Shown piece after piece: positions 53,365 through 61,953 of a stretch of 64,000 nucleotides of DNA. The stretch lies in assembly GCA_977017575.1 (NCBI GenBank), contig CDRNVI010000023.1, forward strand, positions 1-64,000. The letters are read 5' to 3'. The stretch is from Paramoeba atlantica (Eukaryota > Protista > Discosea). Each line of letters opens with the position of its first letter. The stretch's first letter is position 1. Both the position numbers and the translations under genes were made by a program. The notes beneath the pieces were generated by a model, which was given only the letters and a program-made list of their open reading frames with translations, did not search any database and had not been told where the DNA came from.

Positions 53365-54387
53365 ATGCAGAAAGCGAAACCTACACTACAAACCTTGCGA
53401 GAACGCTCCCCCGAAGCCGAGCTCCGTGAAACAGAGACAGAACCCTCCACGGAAAAACAACTCCTCGTGGAGTCTTCTTCACAGGAGATCCGCCTGCACT
53501 GGCCCAGCGCTCTACCCCGACCCGGGCCCTTTGTGGACTTTGGGGACACCCCTAGCAGTGCGTTTCCCACCCCTGCGACGTTCTCGGACCCTTTGCCGAG
53601 TTCCTCCGTCGCCCCCTCACATGGACACTCACTGCCGGGTCCCACCCCCTCGGGTACTAAGAGCAACACCCACCCGACCCTATCCCCGGTACTCTCGGGT
53701 GTACAACCCAAGAGGGCAACCCAGCCGGGGCGTACCCCCGAGGGAGAGGACTGGCCCGATGCCATGGACTCCCCTATTGTGGGCTACGGTCGGGTAAAAG
53801 GGCTCCCACGAGAGGGAATGCCCCCAAGTGTGTCACCCGAGACCACAGAAGTCCACAACCCCTCGGGAGCCCCACAACGTGGCGCCGAGCACACTGGGGG
53901 AACGGTGCTCGAGACAAACGTCCAAGGGCGTAGTGGAAATAAAAAAGAGAGTGAAAAAGTGGATACGGGGGATAAGGCTGGACGGTTCCCCCCTCCCCCA
54001 CCCCCACCGGTGTCACGGCTTCTGATCACCGGGGTGCCGCTGTGCTCTCGTGAGTGGCATGATAAAGTGTGGTCGAGGTGGTATCACTGGGTGGTCGCCT
54101 GGTGGGAGAGAAACAAAAGCTATCCCCCACCCCCTCTGTGGGAAGAGAAAACGGCCAAGGAGGATGCAGCTGAGAAATCAGAGACGAAAGCAGAGTCTGT
54201 GGAAGAGACTCAGGACGTACACGGGGGAAATCCGTACTCTCTTGAGCAGTGGCGTAAATACTGTGCATTCTGGTGGAATTACATGAACCAAGCCTATTTC
54301 TGGAGTCAGGCTGCCGCAGTACCTGCGCCGAATGTGGAGTTATCCGCGGCTTGGGTTTCACAGCTCTACGACCCTTCGGAGCACTAG
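53365..54387 (+). CDS. Hypothetical protein, disordered N-terminus with Trp-rich C-terminal motifs
   Basis: 340-aa + strand ORF containing EWHDKVWSRWYHWVVAWW and YSLEQWRKYCAFWWNYM. Confidence 0.55.
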   Translation: MQKAKPTLQTLRERSPEAELRETETEPSTEKQLLVESSSQEIRLHWPSALPRPGPFVDFGDTPSSAFPTPATFSDPLPSSSVAPSHGHSLPGPTPSGTKSNTHPTLSPVLSGVQPKRATQPGRTPEGEDWPDAMDSPIVGYGRVKGLPREGMPPSVSPETTEVHNPSGAPQRGAEHTGGTVLETNVQGRSGNKKESEKVDTGDKAGRFPPPPPPPVSRLLITGVPLCSREWHDKVWSRWYHWVVAWWERNKSYPPPPLWEEKTAKEDAAEKSETKAESVEETQDVHGGNPYSLEQWRKYCAFWWNYMNQAYFWSQAAAVPAPNVELSAAWVSQLYDPSEH

Positions 54388-54679
54388 GGGTAAGATGTTT
54401 AGCGCAGAGTAGTAAATTACCGACTATTGATTTTGATTTTTTGATGAAAACACATGTAACAAAACGCGCACGAATACGACACGATTCTGGGTTTAAATCA
54501 ATTCATTTTTTGTACATTCGTAATACGCGATGGTGTACACGTTCGTTTAACGTTTGGTTAACGAATTAACTTTTGGATTCCTGTTCTTTTCTTATTTATT
54601 GGTCAATCGAATTCCGTAGCATGCTATTAGAAAGGATTTGATTTAGCACTATAATTTTCTTTCCATCTGCTTTTTTCCA

Positions 54680-54985
54680 ATGTTTAGCTATACCGCTTTC
54701 TTGTTCAAGGGGCAGTACAAGACGCGACTTAAAACGCGAATGGTGGGCTACGTGGAAAAGGTTTGCCGACGAAAAATTCGAAACTGTTTTGTGGCGCTGC
54801 GCAGTGAGGCCAACACGGGATACTTTAGAACGTACATGAAAACTGACGCAGAACTTTTAGACCAAACTCGAAAGATTCAGAGAGTGAAGTTTGATCCCGT
54901 TGTAGGACGCATGTGCGTACACAAAGAATGTAAACTCAAAGGTCCATTTTTGCTAAAGTCACATATCGCAATTGCAAAGTCTTAG
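54680..54985 (+). CDS. Mitochondrial ribosomal protein bL33m-like
   Basis: VALRSEANTGYFRTY...KFDPVVGRMCVHKECK matches the L33 pattern L.SxAGTGYFY...KYDPVV..HV.FKE.K. Confidence 0.75.
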   Translation: MFSYTAFLFKGQYKTRLKTRMVGYVEKVCRRKIRNCFVALRSEANTGYFRTYMKTDAELLDQTRKIQRVKFDPVVGRMCVHKECKLKGPFLLKSHIAIAKS

Positions 54986-55151
54986 TATGATATTCACACA
55001 TTTGGCTATTCATCGATCCCACAGATTTGTGATTAGGTGAGAACATTGTGACACTCGACTCAAAAACATTTTATGATTCTCATACTCAATCATTTTTCAT
55101 ACTTCTCATTCCCAAGAAGACTATCTAAAAACGAGTTTTTACGTTTTAAGT

Positions 55152-56045
55152 ATGGATTTCGGTCCTCCGTCACGAAAAAAACGTTGTATCGTACCCGTGG
55201 GTACTACTACAGGCCAAAATAAGGCTGCGCAAAACGCGAGCAGAAGCAAGGCGTCACGTATCAGAGGGGCAACGCTGCCACCGGAGTACGACCTTGCCCG
55301 ATTTACACAGAATTTATACAGCCAACATACAGCGCACTACAATATTGACGATGAATATGAGACATTGAATTCTCAACATTTGCCATTTTCCTGGTCTACT
55401 GAAACTGCCGCGTGTGAATGGACCGGCGTTCAGTGCAATACAAACGGGACTATTTTGATTATTTATTGGGCTGATCAGCTGCTTCGAGGCTCACCAGAAT
55501 GGCATTTCTTACCTTCGTCCTTGAAAATCCTTGAACTAGGCGCGAGAAGCACAGCCAAGGACTATGACGGAAAATCGAAATCCAGTTATCTGTCAAAGGG
55601 AGTGATGGGAAATCGAATCTCCGGTACTGTGAAATGGGACATGCTGCCTTCAAGTCTTGAGACTTTGGGGTTAGGAGAGAATGAATTTAGTAAAGAGTGT
55701 GATATCGGAGCTCTACCGAAAAACATGCAAGAAATTGACGTTTTCTATAACAACCTAGACGGCCCATTAGTATTCACTCATTGTCCACAAGACATTCGCG
55801 TGTGCATTTTGGCAAGAAATTCCTTTTCTGGGCTGGTTGATTTCTCACAGCTTCCCCACACGCTTTCTATTTTGAGCATTAGCTATAATAATCTGGAAGG
55901 ATGGTTAGACACTCGAGCACTACCCCCAAAAATGATACTACATGGCATAAACGCGGAATGGCTCTCGTATGACCATGTTCGGCTTCAAGATAGCAAGTCA
56001 TTGAGCGGTTGCATGCCCTACTTTAAGCAGGTATTCGAAACCTAG
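55152..56045 (+). CDS. Leucine-rich repeat protein (family copy 5)
   Basis: PPSRKKR basic motif, RIRGATLPPEYDLARF, AACEWTGVQC cap and LRRs. Confidence 0.85.
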   Translation: MDFGPPSRKKRCIVPVGTTTGQNKAAQNASRSKASRIRGATLPPEYDLARFTQNLYSQHTAHYNIDDEYETLNSQHLPFSWSTETAACEWTGVQCNTNGTILIIYWADQLLRGSPEWHFLPSSLKILELGARSTAKDYDGKSKSSYLSKGVMGNRISGTVKWDMLPSSLETLGLGENEFSKECDIGALPKNMQEIDVFYNNLDGPLVFTHCPQDIRVCILARNSFSGLVDFSQLPHTLSILSISYNNLEGWLDTRALPPKMILHGINAEWLSYDHVRLQDSKSLSGCMPYFKQVFET

Positions 56046-56281
56046 GTAATTTGTCTCACCTACGTAGATAATTTACATTGCTGTGCAGTGGGTGAGCAAT
56101 TGTACGATGTATAATAATAGATAATGCCAGATCTGTATAACGCACGACTGAATACTACAAAATTGCATGCCGTTTGTTTTCTCTTGAGATGATATTATCC
56201 GTGTAGTAATCAACAAATATTTTACACAATGTAGGTTACGCGTATTTTTCGGATTGTTTTTCATTCATTCTAGAGGAAAAT

Positions 56282-57181
56282 ATGTGTACTAGTATGCCAT
56301 CTGTACGATTCATCAATAGTGAAGAGTGTCCACAGGATAGTCGTTCGGGAGCTTCTCGTCCAGCTAAAGTACGAGGCGCAGTGCTACCACAAGAGTACGA
56401 ACTGGCTCGGCTATTTGAAGAAGTGGAAAATCCGCATTCTTCATGGAAGGTAGATACCCCTGCCACCGAGTGGAACGGGCTAAATATTGATTCTTACTGC
56501 TGGTCAGACGAACTCCCGAAGTTGTATCACTATCCACAGCAAGAGCACAACATGTTTACTCCAAAAGGATATGAGTGGTCCACAAAAGGGGTACGAAAGA
56601 TTATTATTAATCGGCGAAGACTCCGCGGGAAATTGAATCTCCGGTACATTCCTTATTCCGTTACTTTTTTTCACGCTGGACATAACGAGCTCACAGGTAC
56701 TGTCCAACTGGACTCCCTTCCTCCATCTCTTCTGTACCTAAACCTTTCCCATAATCAATTTAGCGGATCCGTAGATCTGATTTCCCTCCCCAAAAGTTTG
56801 CAGATATTATTTCTAGAAAATAATAAATTTTCGGGGAACGTCTGCTTCAGCAAACTACCACGCGACATAAGAGACGTGTGTTTGAAAGGCAATGCCCTTG
56901 TGGGAGCCCCAGATTTACAAAATTTGCCTCCATCCCTGACGTACCTTGGTCTTTCGTCAAATCATTTTCATGGATATGTGACGTTCGAGTCGCTTCCCGA
57001 AAGTCTTAGCCTGTATTTGAACGACAACATCGCACTTTATGGCAAATTAGTAAAAGAATGTCTTCCATGGGGTGTATATATTTGTACGACCGGAACCAAC
57101 ATCACAGTGCATCAACCTCCAAAACGGGATGCGTTATCCAAACGGAGAGTATGTTTTGATTCGGCATTGCAATACGTGTAA
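56282..57181 (+). CDS. Leucine-rich repeat protein (family copy 6)
   Basis: KVRGAVLPQEYELARL, PATEWNGL cap and LxLxxNxFxGxVDLxxLP repeats. Confidence 0.85.
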   Translation: MCTSMPSVRFINSEECPQDSRSGASRPAKVRGAVLPQEYELARLFEEVENPHSSWKVDTPATEWNGLNIDSYCWSDELPKLYHYPQQEHNMFTPKGYEWSTKGVRKIIINRRRLRGKLNLRYIPYSVTFFHAGHNELTGTVQLDSLPPSLLYLNLSHNQFSGSVDLISLPKSLQILFLENNKFSGNVCFSKLPRDIRDVCLKGNALVGAPDLQNLPPSLTYLGLSSNHFHGYVTFESLPESLSLYLNDNIALYGKLVKECLPWGVYICTTGTNITVHQPPKRDALSKRRVCFDSALQYV

Positions 57182-58531
57182 AGTATGTTATTGGTAAGTG
57201 CATGTAAAGTACAATGTAAAGTGAATGCAGAATGTGTGCAATGGGAAGTTGGCAACAGAAGCCTCTACAACGATTCGGTAGAAATGCTGCCATCTACATC
57301 TCCAATAGTACAGGAATGAAAGTCGCGAGAGTCTTGCTCGTTTGCTTTTAACAAGCATGGCGCGGGTGAAAGGGCGAGTATCGAGGAGTATCGGGAGGAC
57401 GTGAAAAAGATTTTAAAGGAGCACGGTGATACAAGAATCGGAAAATGTTCTAGAAAAGGGATAAAAAGCTTATGAAAAAATGACCAAGAGTGAAATGAAA
57501 GAAACAACAGAGTGAGTCAAATAGACAAAAAAACGAAAAAAAACGTAGTAGTTTACTGCGAAAACACCGTAAGGCACTTTATTTTAAAGAACAAATAGAC
57601 ACAATTAGCTACTCTTATGCACTATGCAATATTGCTTTTTACACCGAACTTTTTGTAGTACTGTATTTGTTCGTTACATTTCACTGTTGTATGCGTGACG
57701 TACATATTCATAGCTCGATCATACGCTTACCCATTTAAAGCCTCTTTTCCCTTTCTAACTCTGTTGAAAACCATTTTGGCATGCTGGCCCACCATATTCA
57801 AGGGGCATTGAGGATTCCGGACCTCTGCGAAAATCATTCCACAAAGTCGGGGCTCCGTAGAAGTTTACTGCTTACTACTTAAGAGCTCCTGGACAGGAGT
57901 CACTCCTCTAAGAATAGTAAAGTAAAGAATATGAAGTTGCTGTCAGAAAAGCGAAAACAAAACTTTTACATTGTGTACCCCTTGACGACCAAACTATACT
58001 TACTTTTCTTGTTTTCAACTTCTCCACATGAAACTTCTTCCCTGGAAAGAAGGGGGGGATAACAAAAAAAACTGATATGGTTGTCGAGTTGAGCAATTCT
58101 TTAACTTATCTACCTGTTTTTTCTAACAGGTGTATTTACTCCCACTATAGTGGGTCGGCAAAAAAAAACGCGCATGGTGAAGCATCCGAATTGGCTGAAA
58201 ACGATAGTCACTCCTCTCGCGGAGTAGTACCCCGAACATTATATTATTATTCATTCTGCATCTTCCAAACTTCGCGAAGTCTTTGCCGTTGAAGATGCAC
58301 AGGGTGAGACTGGATGTTTCAATCCTCTAAAGAACACAAAAAAAGATTTTCGGCAATTTTGAAAAAGCAAATAAAGAGAATCACCTAAGTAATTTATTCC
58401 AGGGTTTTAAATTTTCCCCAACCTCGTTTTTTGTGTAAAACACAACCTATCATTCACCCATAATTTATACCCCGCATTGGGCTTCTCTCTTTCTTACATT
58501 TTCATTCACCTAGTAAAGTGACATTTTCGTA

Positions 58532-59944
58532 ATGTTGATTGATCCCGCTGAATGGACAGACAAGCGCACGGTCACAAAATGCGAACGAGCAGGGTGTGGT
58601 CGTCGTTTCTTCGGGGTTCGCCGAAAAAATCACTGTCGTCAGTGTGGTCACGTATTCTGCACGCCCTGCACCGTCCGAATGCCGGACTCCGAGAAGAATC
58701 TCATTAAAGTTTGTCTGTCGTGTGGTAAGCGCGCCCGCCAGGAGTCCACGTTTCGTGAATCTGCGTTGGACCCCGCAAAGGATTCTGATATGGCCACTGG
58801 GGAGAAACCTCCAACACTCCCGGAACTTCGACCTTCCACGCCAGTGATGCGAAGGCGTAAGATTTGTGTTCTTGGCCTCCGTGGGGTGGGAAAGAGTGCT
58901 TTGCTGGCCTCTTTTGTGCAAGGCGGGTTCCGTGGCACCTACAACCCCACTACCAGTCAAGGCTCCGTCCTCGCCCACCGCACTGTGAACCAGATTCCCT
59001 ATGAGCTCGTTCTGCTGGACACCCCGGGGATGGAGGAGGCTACCACATGGACCTTCCCTCCCATCCTTAGCATTGGCACCCACGGGTACGTCCTTCTCTA
59101 CGCCGTAAGCCACCCCGCCTCCTTCCACGCCGTACGCAGCCTCCACGAAAAAGTCATCGAATGCGCCGCCCCGGAGACGCCCATCCTGCTCGTCGGCACC
59201 TGCTGCGGCGAGGAAACCACCCCCCTACCCCCAACGCACCTCACCCACACTCACCCCGCACCCGAACAAACCCCCGGCCCCCACGCCCCCCTCTCCCCCT
59301 CCCCCCCTCCCCAACCCCTCCCCACCACCACCCCACGTCGTGTACCCCCCTCCCCCACCCCTCCTCCCCACGGGGCATCCCCCTCCCACCCTCCCCCGCT
59401 CCCCCTCCCCCCCACCGCTACCCCCACCCGTCCCTCCCCCTCCCCTCCCCGTGGCTCCTCCTCCATCTCCACTCCCCGTCCCCAGGCCTCTGCTGCAACA
59501 ACAACAGCAGTAGCCGCAGTGACAGGGGACAGCCCCACCCCGGGGAGTAGCAGTACTACGGCTACTACCACCACAGAGCCTCCCCCGACGCTCCTCTCCA
59601 CCCCTCCCCCCGGGAGTGCTCCTCTGTTCCACCCGTTGCACGCGACGGGGGGCGTGGAGGAGGACCCCGCGGGGGGAGGGGGGATGGTAGAGGGGGGGAT
59701 GGAAGAGGAGGAGGTGGAGCCGATTGCGGCACGGAGGAAACGGGCGGTGAGTGTGGAGGAGGGGGAGCGGCTCGCGGAGGCCCTGGGGTGTCCGTTTATG
59801 GAGTGTAGTGCACGGACGGGGCTCCATGTGGAGCAGGTGTTTTTGTCCGTGGTGGAGAGGATACAGGGGTTGGAGAATAAGAGAAGGCCAAGGGAGGGGT
59901 GGGGGAGGGTTGAAAATTTGTTGTGTAGGAGTTTTGTAAAATGA
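58532..59944 (+). CDS. RHEB: FYVE-domain Rheb-like small GTPase with a large low-complexity insertion
   Basis: FYVE motif (W.D, RKNHCRQCGHVFC, KVCLSC); G1 GLRGVGKS with the Rheb-type Arg, YNPT, DTPG, GTHGYVLLYAV; G5 ECSART; no CaaX. Confidence 0.75.
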   Translation: MLIDPAEWTDKRTVTKCERAGCGRRFFGVRRKNHCRQCGHVFCTPCTVRMPDSEKNLIKVCLSCGKRARQESTFRESALDPAKDSDMATGEKPPTLPELRPSTPVMRRRKICVLGLRGVGKSALLASFVQGGFRGTYNPTTSQGSVLAHRTVNQIPYELVLLDTPGMEEATTWTFPPILSIGTHGYVLLYAVSHPASFHAVRSLHEKVIECAAPETPILLVGTCCGEETTPLPPTHLTHTHPAPEQTPGPHAPLSPSPPPQPLPTTTPRRVPPSPTPPPHGASPSHPPPLPLPPTATPTRPSPSPPRGSSSISTPRPQASAATTTAVAAVTGDSPTPGSSSTTATTTTEPPPTLLSTPPPGSAPLFHPLHATGGVEEDPAGGGGMVEGGMEEEEVEPIAARRKRAVSVEEGERLAEALGCPFMECSARTGLHVEQVFLSVVERIQGLENKRRPREGWGRVENLLCRSFVK

Positions 59945-60124
59945 CAGTAGAACGTGCTTTTTTTATCAAAATGCCATCTTGAGTTTGAAAAAAATGAGGT
60001 TCGTTGAATAAGACTGCAATTTTTTATAGGGATTCTTGTATTCCTACACATTTGTGCATTGTATTGACACACATCTTCCAACTAGTCTTTTTACGTGTCC
60101 CACGTCCTTTCCGTTCCCAAATAC

Positions 60125-60682
60125 ATGTACAGCTGCGTCTCTCGAGCCAACGCTGTTCTCGGAACCGCTGCATGGACACTTGCGCTAATGGCCACCGCTC
60201 TTGCGCTGTCCTCTCACCTCATTAACTACCGCAATCCGCCTCACCCCACCGTCTCTCTGGACGTCGGAGTGTTACGACTTCATCAGCGCACGTTTAACGA
60301 GACAATCAAACATGATGCTGCGGCACTACGCATTGATATGGATGCCGATCTCTCCCCCTTGTGGAACTGGAACGTCAAGCATATTTTTATCTACCTTGTG
60401 GCGCGCTACTCCACCACAGCCTTTCCGGACAATGAGGTCATGGTGTGGGATCGTATAGTAAACAACCGCGAGCAGACATTCTTGTCGGTTCACACACGAG
60501 CAAAGTACTGTCTCGAGGACAACGGCAACCATACCCTGCTGGGGACCAATGTCACGTTTAACCTACGCTGGCGTGTGATGCCGCGCGTTGGTAGTCACCC
60601 GTTCGGGGAGGCCACCGCCCCTCATGAGATCTGCACGGTGAAGTTCCCGTCGGAATATAATTTTGACGTAACGCCGTATTGA
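60125..60682 (+). CDS. Signal peptidase complex subunit SPC22/23 (SPCS3)
   Basis: MYS...RAN, N-terminal TM, DADLSPLWNWNVKHIFIYLVARY, NEVMVWDRIV and KYCLEDNG. Confidence 0.85.
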   Translation: MYSCVSRANAVLGTAAWTLALMATALALSSHLINYRNPPHPTVSLDVGVLRLHQRTFNETIKHDAAALRIDMDADLSPLWNWNVKHIFIYLVARYSTTAFPDNEVMVWDRIVNNREQTFLSVHTRAKYCLEDNGNHTLLGTNVTFNLRWRVMPRVGSHPFGEATAPHEICTVKFPSEYNFDVTPY

Positions 60683-60960
60683 AGTGATACACGTTTCGTT
60701 TACATCGAAGGGAACAAGAGACTGCGCTATGCGTCTACGTTAGGCAGCAGTCGAATTTTACAGTGGGACCTGTATTTTACAGTGGTACAATTGTAGGTTC
60801 TCTTTATTTTGTAGGTTGATTCAAGCATTTTATTCCTATCATGCTGAAAAAGACGGAAAAAAGATGTACTGGTCAACGAGCATTTATTTTAAGGGAGCTT
60901 AGTAGCTTCAGTTTAGTTTATCCTTTAAGCTCTCCACTATTTCCTTTCACCATTTTTATC

Positions 60961-61710
60961 ATGTCATCTGAGCCAGCCCCCCTCTTTAGCAAATCTCTGG
61001 AGCTGTTGGATAAGGAAATTGAAAGATTAACTCATCAAATAGAGCATTGCGGCGTTACCTCCTCCGAACCTTCAAAAACTGAAGCCTTGTCCGCACACGA
61101 GCACGCCAGTGATTCTAAGACAACGAAAACAAATTCGTTGCATCAAGATTCTACGATTGGCACGAATTCAACAAAGTTGCGAAAGGATACAGAAGGAACG
61201 AATGCGATTTCTGCGCTATCTCGTGTACAGCTTTTGGTGGGTCACATTGTGAGCTGCAAGCGACACCCAGAGAGTGAGCGTCTGCTTGTCGAGGAGATTG
61301 ACTGCGGCAAAGGTGATACCCCTCGTACGATCTGCAGCGGACTGGCTGAATTCTACACGCCGGAAACTCTCGTGGGAAAGAACGTCGTCGTGGTTGCTAA
61401 CCTGGAGCCTCGACGGTTTCGAGGGATAATGTCTCACGGAATGGTGTTGTGTGCGTGCAGCGAGGATAAGTCTCAAGTAGAGATACTGGAGTGTCCAACC
61501 GAGGTAGCCCCGGGAACACGTGTGACCCTTCCGAATCATGATGCGGATCCCCTACCGGTGCTAAAGAAGAAGTTGGCGAAATATTGGGACGAAGTGGCTC
61601 AGGATTTGAAGACGAACGAAAAGTGTGAAGCGGCGTATCAGAGCGTTCGTTTTGAGTTCGAAGGAAAGCCGATTCTAGCCGCATCCCTTGCTAATGCTGC
61701 GATTTCGTAG
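60961..61710 (+). CDS. tRNA-binding (EMAP II/Arc1p/Trbp111-like) domain protein
   Basis: VGHIVSCKRHPESERLLVEEIDCG, RTICSGL, VVVVANLEPRRFRGIMSHGMVLCA and PGTRV; N-terminal coiled coil. Confidence 0.85.
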   Translation: MSSEPAPLFSKSLELLDKEIERLTHQIEHCGVTSSEPSKTEALSAHEHASDSKTTKTNSLHQDSTIGTNSTKLRKDTEGTNAISALSRVQLLVGHIVSCKRHPESERLLVEEIDCGKGDTPRTICSGLAEFYTPETLVGKNVVVVANLEPRRFRGIMSHGMVLCACSEDKSQVEILECPTEVAPGTRVTLPNHDADPLPVLKKKLAKYWDEVAQDLKTNEKCEAAYQSVRFEFEGKPILAASLANAAIS

Positions 61711-61773
61711 TCTGATTTTCTATGGGTTAACAAAGAGACTACAAAAGAAAAACATAATTGTACTTACACATCA

Positions 61774-61826
61774 TAGCTGTCATTCGACGTCGAATTCGAC
61801 GTCGTTCGACGGTCGAAAGGTCGAAA
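61774..61826 (+). repeat. Probable left end of a hAT element: TAG-start terminus plus clustered TCGA(C) subterminal repeats
   Basis: TAGCTGTCATTCGACGTCGAATTCGACGTCGTTCGACGGTCGAAAGGTCGAAA, ~130-180 bp upstream of the transposase ATG. The partner TIR is outside the window. Confidence 0.45.
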
Positions 61827-61953
61827 CATTTTGAGTGCTTGTGTGGTTTCTGAAAGAATTTTTTTCAACAGAATATATGTTTATAAAATGTTTAAAAAAT
61901 GTATTTGCAACCAGTCTTCTACTTTTTTGTGTTAATTTACTTCTTTTTTCACA

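Noticed and set aside
30808-59939. The many Gly-rich or Pro-rich antisense and alternative-frame ORFs (e.g. 31074-31496, 37530-38342, 45992-46939, 59225-60081)
   Set aside because: They are by-products of the stop-poor C-rich and G-rich skew islands overlapping real + strand genes.
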